Source: Octopus sinensis | Taxonomy: Eukaryota | DNA length: 64,000 bases | Reading direction: 5' to 3' | Assembly (NCBI RefSeq): GCF_006345805.1 | Contig: NC_043014.1 | Span: 3,348,001 to 3,412,000 of the forward strand | Shown: positions 52,100-62,755 of the stretch, piece after piece | How positions within the stretch are numbered: position 1 is the first letter of the stretch | Layout: every line of letters starts with the position of its first letter | Made by a program: the position numbers and the translations under genes | The notes under the pieces: model-generated | What the model saw: only the letters and a program-made list of their open reading frames with translations | The model's database searches: none | What the model was told of the DNA's origin: nothing

Positions 52100-54010
52100 C
52101 TGTATATTTCCGCGTATAAGACAACCTTTAAATCCTAAAATTTACCCTAAAAATTTGGGGTTGTCTTATACCACCTTTCAAAAACCCAAACTTTGGGTTT
52201 TAAGTGATTTTATAAGTAAGCTAACCTCAGCCTCGGTGCAATAACCACAGACATACATGAACAGATTAGTAAACGAGAAAAATTATAATATAGGTAATAA
52301 AAATATTAGTAATATTATTGGTACATCTTCATAATAAATTCTATATTATTGAAATCAACTTTTATCTATGCAAGCTCAGCTGAGAAAATGTAAACATCGA
52401 GTCATGGTTACACTCACAACTACCTTTATCTTTCGTTAACCTTTCAAAAATTTTAATGGTGATATATAACTGTAGTAATAACATTTAGAATAACATATTT
52501 AGATTTTTCATAATATACCTATTATCATTTGGTGGTAAATAACACAATTTGGATTACACACAAATCCATAAAACTATTCTATAAAATTTTTTTCCATGAA
52601 ATTATTCTACAGTAGTTGCATTTAAAACATAAGACATTGTAATATGTTTCTTTCCTATTAAGTTAAATAATATTAATAAAACATCAAACCTGTCAAAATG
52701 TTTTTATCTAAACCCCATCAAATTCCTCATTATCATCACTATCTGCTTCTAAAACTTCCCTCATACATATCACAGGATTCATCACATATGGCATCATCGT
52801 AAGGATTCCACTCTGGTGAATCGACTTTGTTGTCGCTATTGTACAGAATATCATCTTCGGTACCATCCATGGCATTAGAGACACTGCCTTTTAAAAATGA
52901 TTTTATCACATTTTCTACTTTCACTTTGTCCCATGCCTTTATAACAAAATCACAGAGAACTTCAAGTGAGGCAGCACAATTAGCTCCCCCTTTTGTAAAA
53001 GATACTTCTCCATTCAACCTCCAGTCATTCCATTGCTTTCTCACATTATCTTTAAATGGTTTGTTTAAACTGACGTCAAGTGGTTGCAGTATAGAAGTCA
53101 AATCACCAGGAATAACAGCAATATCAGAATTGCTTTTGGATAACCATGTTTTAGTAGTTGCTGTTACGTGGCTACAAAACATAACCCAAACCAATAAACT
53201 GCGTTTGTTTTGTATGACACCTGGCCACCTGTTCCAAATATTCTCAATCCATAATTTTACACCACTCAACTCCATCCACCCTTTCTTGTGAAAATGAACA
53301 AAAATGCCAGAGGGAAACCTATTTTGGGCTTTGACTTATGTTTAAAAATAACCATGGGTTTAATTTTCTACTGTCAGCCATGCAGGATAATACCCCCATA
53401 AACCTCGTTTTCTCGTATCTCGTGCTTTTAACATGCAGTTTTTACCCCTTTCAAATCTACCATTTTGTTACCCAGCACGTCAAAGTTTAACGGAGTTTCA
53501 TCCATATTTCCAATATGAGACAATGGAAACTGATCCCTTTTTCTCAGCTGGATGATGAACTGGTGAAAATTGGTTTCTTTGTGATCGAGATCTCTTGGGA
53601 GTTTTGGGGTGATTTTTATTTTCTCCTTTATTACCAGATTTTTTTTCTGTACATAAAACGATTGCACCAGCTTACTGTTGCTTTAAAATCTTGACTTTCT
53701 TCTTTATATGATTTAGCTCCTTTTAGGGTGTAAGATCTTATTCTATTTCATGTTACAATGTAGCCATCTTGTCCCTGCTGGAGGACCCATTTTGCTACAG
53801 CATTTTTCAACTTTGGCCAACGAGTTCTTCCTCTTCTTATTGCACGTTTTTGTTTTGGCATTTGTCTCAATTTTCCCCTCATTCTTTCTCCACTCTTGGA
53901 CCATCTTCTCGGCAGCATCGAAAGTTTTAGCAGCAGCTGCTTCTATAACTTCCAATTTGAAACTAGCCTCATATTTTCTTCTTTTGTCTGGTGGTTGCAT
54001 ATTTCTATGG
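52100..54010 (-). mobile_element. Decayed pogo-superfamily (POGK/Passer-like) DNA transposon in the intron of the STPR gene
   Basis: Fragments: Brinker-like DBD KRRKYEASFKLEVIEAA (53743-54000), IGNMDETPLNFD (53428-53667), DDE_1-like AVIPGDLTSILQPLDVSLNKPFKDNVRKQW (52739-53275). Terminus TA|CTGTATATTTCCGCGTATAAGAC at 52098 with an internal 13-bp IR (52114-52126/52159-52171). The other TIR was not found. Confidence 0.88.
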
Positions 54011-54294
54011 GTATAAAATAATTATAAAATTCACTTAACTACACAATTTGTGATTTTACTTGAAATATAGGTAAATGATTATTAATACACCTGGTTGTTT
54101 GTAACTGTTTAGAACATTTCAGTATTATGAACCACCATTATCGTATTGAAGTCAAGGCAAGGCAACACAAACATATGCACACCAACACACACACATACAG
54201 GATGGGCTTCTTTCAGTTTCCATCTACCAAGAGAGAAACATCATCACACAGTGGGAGAATTACAATAAGTTCATGATATTGTTATACTACTTAC

Positions 54295-55203
54295 CTTCAT
54301 CAATAGAAGACATTGGTGGTGTAGAAAGACAATCGCATCCTTTTTTCCTCTTTTTGCAGTCTTGCGAGCATTTCATGTTGGCATAGCAGCCATCTTTCCC
54401 CATATTGCAGTTGTTCATGTAAGAACAATCGGACATGCTGTTGGACATGGATTTATTCTGATCCGAAGAGTAGCAGCCGAAGCTGTTTCCGTCTCCGTTT
54501 GTGGTCACTTGGTTCTGAATCTGGTTGAAAGACGGGAAGACGACTTCTCCGGTGGAGCTCCTGTCCATCACATCTTTATTGGTACTGAGTGGTTCCATAC
54601 AAGAGTAAGAGCCAGCCGAAGTTCCGTTCGAGTGGCTTCTGCTCTGGCATTGTCTACCATTCTCTTTCATGCAAGGAAAATCTCCGTTGCAACATAGATT
54701 CTCTTGCTGACATGACTTCCCACACTGGTCCGAGCAACAGGGGCTGTTTTGCATGCTGCTGCAACTTTTGTCGTTCTGACACATGTAGCCGCAATTTTTA
54801 TCCATGTTCTTGGAGCTTAATTTCATCGGGAAACTACCACTATCCCGGTTAAGAATCGACTGGTATTGTAATATATTCTCGTTATCTTTCATGCGTCGCA
54901 TCAGAATTGAAATCGCCTGCGACTTTTTCTTCCCTTTCTGAGTGTTTCCCAATATTTGTGCCACGGCTTTTTTCCTCTCTTCGCGCCGCCTCGCGTTCTC
55001 TCGCATGCGCACCAGCCTTCTCTGTCGTTGCTCGGGGGGTTCGTTTGCCATGCGCTGGTGCTGATACCGCTTCATGCGCATCAGTCGCTTTGTGCGCTGT
55101 GCATCAGTCTCCGTATGAAGACGCCTTCGTTGCTTCAGTCTCATTTTCAGCAATTTTCGGTCTTTTGGCGTCATCATCTCAGCTGTAGTGTTGTCATAGT
55201 AAT
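54295..55203 (-). CDS. STPR-repeat protein, exon A (three 23-aa STPR-like repeats plus Cys/Ser/Asn-rich region)
   Basis: Minus-strand acceptor tttgttttgtag|AT at 55203 and donor GAA G|gtaagt at 54295; 909 nt, symmetric phase 1/1. ETDAQRTKRLMRMKRYQHQRMAN and EPPEQRQRRLVRMRENARRREER fit the E-x4-R-x2-RL-x2-M-x2-Y-x3-R pattern of Bombyx FMBP-1 STPR repeats. Confidence 0.85.
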
Positions 55204-55845
55204 CTACAAAACAAATGACACAACAGAAACAAACATTAAGAAAATATCTCAGAAGAATAACAAGAATGACAACAACAATTCTTACAAATTTAGCACAAGG
55301 CTAGCAGTTCTGATGGGAAAGGGCAGGTTGATAATCAACCCTAGTACATGACTGGTACTTAAGATCCCTAAAGGATGAAAGGCAAAACTTGACCTCAGAA
55401 CTTAATGCCAAAAGAAATACTGTTAAGCATTTTAACCAGCATTCTAATGGTTCAACCAGCACACTGCCTTATTAATAATAATAATACTAATAATAATGAT
55501 AATAATAATAATGATCCTTTCTACTGAAAGCAGAAGACCTGAAATTTGGGGGAATGGGACTAGTTGATTACATCGGCCCCAGTGTTTCATTGGTACTAAA
55601 CTTATTGACCCCGAAAGGTTGAAGGGCAAAGTCGACCTCAGCGGAATTTGAACTCAAAACATGGAAATGGACAAAATGCTACTGAGCATTTTGCTCATCA
55701 TGCTAAGGATTCTGCCAGCTGGCCACCTTAAATAATAATAATAATAATAATAATAAGTAATAATAATAATAATAATAATTATTATGATAATGATGATAGT
55801 AATAATAATAATAATAATAATTATTATGATAATGATGATGATGAT

Positions 55846-58800
55846 GATCATCATCATCGTTTAACGTCCGTTCTCCATGCTAGCATGGGTTGGACGGTTC
55901 GACCGGGGTTCTGGGAAGCTAGAAGGCTGCACCAGGCTCCAGTCTAATCTGGCAATGTTTCTACAGCTGGATGCCCTTCCTAACGCCAACCACTCCGTGA
56001 GTGTAGTGGGTGCTTTTTACGTGCCACCTGCACAGGTGCCAGGCGGGGCTGGCAACGGCCACGGTCAGATTGGTGTATTTTATGTGCCACCGGCACGGAA
56101 GCCAGTCGAGGCGGTGCTGGCATCGGCCACGAGTCGGATAGTGCTTTTTACGTACCACCAGACCAGGGATCCTGGCTGGTTCAATTCGATTTCGATTTCG
56201 CTTGCCCCAACATGTCCTCACAAGCAAAGGGGGTTGGCATGGGTGCCTGTCGTACGGTCGCATTGGAGTATTTTACGTGCCACGGCCACGAGTCGGATAG
56301 TGCTTTTTACGTACCACCAGACCAGGGATCCTGGCTGTTCAATTCGATTTCGATTTCGCTTGCCCCAACATGTCTTCACAAGCAAAGGGGGTTGGCATGG
56401 GTGCCTGTCGTACGGTCGCATGGAGATTAGTATTTTACGTGCCACGGCCACGAGACGATAGTGCTTTTTACGTACCACCAGACCAGGGATCCTGGCTGGT
56501 TCAATTCGATTTCGCTTGCCCCAACATGTCCTCACAAGCAAAGGGGGTTGGCATGGGGCCTGTCGTACGGTCGCATTGGAGTATTTTACGTGCCACGGCC
56601 ACGAGTCGGATAGTGCTTTTTACGTACCACCAGGCCAGGGATCCTTGGCTGGTTCAATTCGATTTCGCTTCCCCAACATGTCTCACAAGCAAAGGGGGTT
56701 GGCATGGGTGCCTGTCGACGGTCGCATTGGAGTATTTTACGTGCCACGGCCACGAGACGGATAGTGCTTTTTACGTACCACCAGACCAGGGATCCTGGCG
56801 GGTTCAATTCGATTTCGCTTGCCCCAACATGTCTTCACAAGCAAAGGGGGTGGGCATGGGTGCCTGTCGTACGGTCGCATTGGAGTATTTTACGTGCCAC
56901 GGCCACGAGTCGGATAGTGCTTTTTACGTACCACCAGACCAGGGATCCTGGCTGTTCAATTCGATTTCGATTTCGCTTGCCCCAACATGTCTTCACAAGC
57001 AAAGGGGGTTGGCATGGGTGCCTGTCGTACGGTCGCATTGGAGTATTTTACGTGCCACGGCCACGAGTCGGATAGTGCTTTTTACGTACCACCAGGCCAG
57101 GGATCCTGGCTGGTTCAATTCGGTTCGATTTCGATTTCGCTTGCCCCAACATGTCTTCGCAAGCATGGGGGGTTGGCATGGGTGTCTGTCGTCGGATGAG
57201 GTTCTATATCGTCTTCGCTTGCCTCAACCGGTCTTTGTGTCCAAGGGAGGAAAGGCATTCATAAGTGGGCTGGGCTCACTTGTCCTGCCTGGTCTTCTCA
57301 CGTACAGAATATTTCCAAAGGTCTCGGTCTCTGGTCATTTCCTCAGTGAGGCCTAAAGTTCGAAGGTCGTGCTTCACCACCTCGTCCCAGGTTTTCCTGG
57401 GTCTACCTCTTCCACGGGTTCCCTCAACTGCCAGGGATTGGCACTTTCTCACACACCTATCTTCATCCATTCTCGCCACATGACCATACCAGCGCAATCG
57501 TCTCTCTTGCACACCACAACTGATGCTTCTTAGTTACAACATTTCTCTCAAGGTGCTAACGCTCTGTCGAGTATGTACACTGACATTACACATCCATCGG
57601 AGCATACTGGCTTCATTCCTCACGAGCTTACGCATGTCCTCAGCAGTCACGGCCCATGTTTCGCTGCCATGTAGCATGGCTGTTCGTACACACGCATCAT
57701 ACAGTCTGCCTTTTACTCTGAGCGAGAGGCCTTTAGTCACCAGCAGAGGTAAGAGCTCCCTAAACTTTGCCCAGGCTATTCTTATTCTAGCAGTTACACT
57801 TTCAGCGCACCCACCCCCACTACTGACTTGGTCACCTAGATAACGGAAGCTATCAACTACTTCTAGTTTTTCCCCCTGGAAAGTGACGGAAGTTGTTTTC
57901 TGCAGATTTTCGGAGGTTAATGCTCCCGAGCATCTGCCACATACAAAAACTATCTTCCCAGTTAGCCTACCTTTGACATTGCTGCACCTCTTATGTGTCC
58001 ATAGCTTACACTGGGTACATCTTATAAGTTTCTACCTACCTACAACCCTTTCTACAGATCGAGCAGGGCCATCTTCCTGAAGATATTTGTGGATTGTCTA
58101 CCTTTCTACTTATTAGTACTTTGGTTTTAGCTAGGTTGACTCTAAGGCCCCTTGATTCTAAACCCTCCTTCCACACCTGGAACTTCTCCTCCAGTTCTGA
58201 TAGTGACTCAGCAATAAGAGCAAGGTCGTCAGCGTAGAGGAGCTCCCAGGGACAGCCTGTCTTGAATTCCTCCGTAATTGCCTGGAGTACTATGATAAAT
58301 AGGAGGGGGCTGAGTACTGAACCCTGGTGGACCCCAACCTCTACTTTGAATTCTTCTATGTACATGTTGCCAACCCTAACCTTACTTACGGCATCTCTGT
58401 ACATGGCTTGCACAGTCCTTACCAGCCATTCATCTATCCCTAGTTTCCTCATTGACCACCAGATAAGGGATCGGGGGACCCTATCAAAAGCTTTCTCCAT
58501 GTCAACGAAAGCCAGGTACAGGGGCTTATCTTTGGCTAGGTATTTCTCCTGCAGCTGCCTTACCAGGAATATAGCATCAGTGGTACTTTTCCCTGGCACG
58601 AACCCAAACTGCATCTCATCTAAACTAACTCTCTCTCTAATTAGTTGGGCTATGACCCTCTCCGTAACCTTCATTACTTGATCCAACAGCTTGATACCTC
58701 TGTAATTATTTGTATCTAGGGCATCACCTTTACCTTTGTAGCAGTTGACTAGTATGCTGCTGCACCAGTCATTGGGTATGACTCCTTCGTGTATCACCTG

Positions 58801-59036
58801 GTTGACTATACGGGTGACTAGGTTATAGCCGACACTGCCAGATATTTTGAGCATCTCTGCAGTAATTCCTGATGGGCCTGGGGCTTTCCCTGTCTTCATG
58901 CTTCTAATTGCCTTAGCTACCACGGAACTATCAACTCGGATAGCTGGTCCCTCTGTAGGGTCAACATTCGGCAGACTCTCTTTATCCCATTCATTTTCCT
59001 CATTCAGTAACCTTTCATAGTGGCGTCTCCAAGCTT
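55846..59036 (-). mobile_element. 5'-truncated RTE-clade LINE with a (GAT)n tail
   Basis: ORF 58923-58036 has GKAPGPSG, NYRGIKLL, QFGFVPGKSTTDAIF, FVDMEKAFDRVPR, GVHQGSVLSPLLF and LLYADDL; it continues through frameshift/stop to AMLHGSETW and RRLRWYGHVARM...RGRGRPRKTW; the 3' UTR ends gttaaacgatgatgatg; embedded in (AAT)n. Confidence 0.95.
56127..57190. repeat. Tandem array of about 7 copies of a 150-161-bp unit inside the RTE 3' UTR
   Basis: The unit ccacgagtcggatagtgctttttacgtaccacc...gtattttacgtgccacgg starts at about 56127, 56287, 56448, 56600, 56750, 56903 and 57061. Confidence 0.95.
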
Positions 59037-59070
59037 GATAGTAATAATAATAATAGTAATAGTAATAGTA

Positions 59071-59104
<34 letters not shown>

Positions 59105-59530
59105 ATAATAATAATAATGATGATGATGATAATAATAGTTCAAAGTTTTGGCCGATAGAATATATATATATATATAGTCAATAATAAAAGGGTAAAACTA
59201 ATTAATTATTAATTAATTTTACCAAGTAGTGTTCAGTATGTAAAAAGACCATTTACGGTATATTTAAAACATTACGTTATATAATTAGGGTTCAGTAAAA
59301 TAATTTACTTTACCACACACCAAACTTTTTAGAAATAGCAGCCAAAAATTTTACCTATTTCTTCTACTGTAAGAAAAATCTCCCAGACAATGCATAGTTA
59401 TTTTTGAGTATGCATTGTCTGGGAGATTTTTCTTACAGTAGAAGAAATAGCTAAGACTTTTGGCTGCTATTTCTAAAAAGTTCGGTGTGTGGTAAAGTAA
59501 ATTATTTTACTGAACCCCATTTTTATAACG

Positions 59531-59596
<66 letters not shown>

Positions 59597-60161
59597 TCAT
59601 TGTTTAACATCCGTTTTCCATGCAGGCATGGGTTGGACGGTTTGACTGAGGTCTAGAAAGCCAGTGGCTACACCAGGCTCCAATCTGATCTGCAATGTTT
59701 TTACAGCTGGATGCCCTTCCTAATGCCAACCACTCTGAGAGTGGCATTAGGAAGTTTTTTAAAAGTTAATTCTGATTTTTGTCAGTGAACAGGTCGCAGT
59801 CTTAAAGCGACGAAAATATTTTGACAAAATTAAACTTAAATGTTGAAGTGAATCAAATGGCTTTTGTGTTTCTTAAATGGCTTACAAACACCTTCCACGC
59901 TGCAATTGTAACTCTGTATAATTTTGTTGCTTTGCGATTTTGAAGATGCACCCTTCGAACATTGGGTGATATGCCACGCTTGAGAAGACTCGTCAAGCCA
60001 AGTGAAATCATGCTTATGGTTGATGTCAGTGTTGCGTAACTGGGCACCCGTGGCGAGGGCCTTGTAAGAAGCACTGTTTGAACATACAGAATTAACTTTT
60101 AAAAAACTGTGAATAAATAGGCATAACATTTGACAAAGCAATCTGGATGCTGAAGGGTTAA

Positions 60162-60382
60162 CCCTTTAGTGTTTGCATTATTCTGCCAAAATTAATGCTT
60201 TTACATCCTCATTGTATTGAACTAATCATGCATCATCTTGTAGCTATGAGATTTTGATGATGTAGCTGTTAATTTTTAAAACGATATTGTGGGGTTGGTG
60301 TGAGAGATCAGATCTGGCCAGTTTGAACATAAAACAGGTAGAATACTTTTGGCCGGATATGACCGGTTTGAATGCTAAAGGG
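60162..60382. mobile_element. piggyBac-type MITE
   Basis: TTAA|ccctttag ... aatgctaaaggg|TTAA. Confidence 0.85.
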
Positions 60383-61139
60383 TTAAACCAGATTATTTCT
60401 CTCTGTGAATAAAAAAAGGTGAAATTAATATCTTTGGAATTAGTAATTTTAACACTTCATGCGACAGTTTACCAGAGCTGGTACAGCTTCACCGGTACCA
60501 AAATCTAGTAACCCAATAACTGAGTCTGACTCCAAACTATGGTTGTGGCTGTAGTTTAGGTGGTCGTGGCTATTTATAAGATAGTAGCTGCTGTAGCTGA
60601 GGCATGGTGGTGAAGATAACTGTAATGGTATAATGTGGTGGTGGTGGTGCTGGTGGTGGTAATATGGTGTGATGGTAATGGGTGCAGTAGAACTGTGGTG
60701 GTGATGTTGGCCTTAGTGTAGTAGTGGTTGTAGTAGTGTGGTGATGGTGGTGGTGTTGGCGGTGGTAGTGTTATGGAGGCTGGGAAAGGTTACTGTAGTT
60801 CCACCCACCCCTGTTTATTTGTTTGTTTATTTATCTATTTATTTATTGTAAAAAGAATCTCTGGGCAGATGGGAAGGAGGGGGAAGGGGAGGAAGCAGGC
60901 AGAAGGACGGGGGGGGGAGGGGGAGGAAGCAATCAGGATGCAGCGGCAGTTAATATCTATGTTGCTTAGCAACAGATCAGTCACTCCCCCCACCCCCCAC
61001 CGCCATCACTGCTCCAATATACACAACCACATCCCAATTCAGATATCACACACACACACACACAGCACACACACCTAAACATACGCAAGATATTATCTAC
61101 CTCTGCTAGATAAGAAAATACAGGATTGAGAATACAGGC

Positions 61140-61178
<39 letters not shown>

Positions 61179-61254
61179 AGATGGAGAAAGAGATAGAGTG
61201 AGAGTGGGAGAGAGAGAGACAGACAGACAGAAAGGAGTCTGGTAAGAGGAGTAT

Positions 61255-61845
61255 GTATGGAAATACATCAATATATATGCAAATGTGTGTAGATGAGCAT
61301 ATATATGTGTGAGTATATTTATGTATGTGTGTATGTATGTATGTACATATATATGTGTGTATGTGTGTGTGTGTAAATGAAAATGTGTGTATATGTGTGT
61401 TTGTAAATGAATGTGTGTGTGTGTGTAGATGAGCATATGTATGTGTGTGTATGAATGCGTGAGTATATATATATGTATGTATGTATATATATGTGTGTGT
61501 ACATATATATATGTGTGTGTATGTACATATGTGTGTGTGTGTGTGTGTAGATGAGCATATGTATGCATGTGTACGAATGTGTGAGTATATATAAATGTAT
61601 GTATGTATGTATGTACATATATGTGTGTACGTGTGTGTAAATGAAAATATGTGTGTTTGTAAATGAATGTGTGTGTGTGTATGAATGCGTGAGTATATAT
61701 ATATGTATGTATGTATGTACATGTGTGTATGTGTATATATACATATATATATGTGTGTGTGTGTGTGTGTAAATGAAAATATGTGTGTAGATGAATGGGT
61801 ACAAGTGTAAATAAATATGTGTGAATGTGTGTGTGTGCTTGCATG
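61255..61845. repeat. Compound (TG/TA) low-complexity array with recurring aaatgaaaatatgtg and agatgagcata modules
   Basis: Visible periodic modules. Confidence 0.85.
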
Positions 61846-62462
61846 GGGTAGGAAAATTGGGTGCCAGCCTCCACCAGCCAAAAAAAAAAGTGATTTGTCA
61901 AGATAAAGGGGAGAAAAAAGCAGGAAAAAAAGACAGATATGAGCCCAGCGAAAAATCTAGTGAATCAGAGTGTCTGAGTTAATGGAAGGTTCTAGAAAGA
62001 AATCACCCATCCCACAGACCCCTACCCAGTTTGGATTTCTTGTAAGGCTTCTTTGTGAAAAAAAAAAAAAAAAGCGGGTCCTGATATAATAATGATCCTA
62101 AATGTTTAATTATACCACCAGTATACGCTCAAAAAATTAACAAAGATTTCAAAAATTAGGGTCCTTAAATTTATACAGATCATTACAAAATTGACACCAA
62201 ATTCTGGAAAACAGTATGTGTATGTGTGTGTGTGTTTATTCTTTTACTTGTTTCAGTCATTAGATTGTGGCCATGCTGGAGCACCACTCAGAAAGTTTGA
62301 ATTAAACAAATCGATCCCGATATTGATTTTATTTTCAAGCCTGTACTTAATCTATTGGTCTCTTTTGCTGAACTGCTAAGTTATGGGGAACGTAAACAAA
62401 CCATCACCAGTTGTCAAACAGTGGTTGGGGACAAACACATGGATATATATATATATATATAT

Positions 62463-62755
62463 ATCACATGATCACGTGACCGACCAGACCATCAGATGTT
62501 GCTACACATCGCTGGTCACAATGCATTCGCATTGTTTTAGCCTTCGAACGACGCCACCCCGCTGGCTAAGCGAGCAGGCTAACAGAAGAAAGAGTGGTGA
62601 AAGAGTACAGCAGGGATCACCACCCCCTGCTGGAGCCTCGTGGAGCTTTTAGGTGTTTTCGCTCAATAAACACACACAACGCCTGGTCTGGGAATCAAAA
62701 CCGCAATCCTCCGACCGCGAGTCCACTGCCCTAACCACTGGGCCATTGCGCCTCC
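62463..62755 (-). mobile_element. SINE with the family-C head but a different 3' part
   Basis: Matches 26601-26765 then diverges to an unrelated tail ending cacgtgatcatgtgat(at)n. Confidence 0.8.

Noticed and set aside
50077-55177. Treating the 492-aa and 296-aa ORFs as two separate paralogous genes
   Set aside because: The 296-aa ORF stop lies just past a perfect GTAAGT donor that is in phase with the acceptor of the 492-aa exon; one spliced gene is the simpler model, though unproven without cDNA.
56370-57356. 328-aa repetitive ORF on the + strand
   Set aside because: Antisense translation of the tandem RTE 3' UTR units, with frame shifts between units.
59836-60141. Short minus-strand ORFs as possible upstream exons of the STPR gene
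   Set aside because: They lie inside an inverted-repeat-bounded element, and I found no convincing phase-1 donor or recognisable motif.
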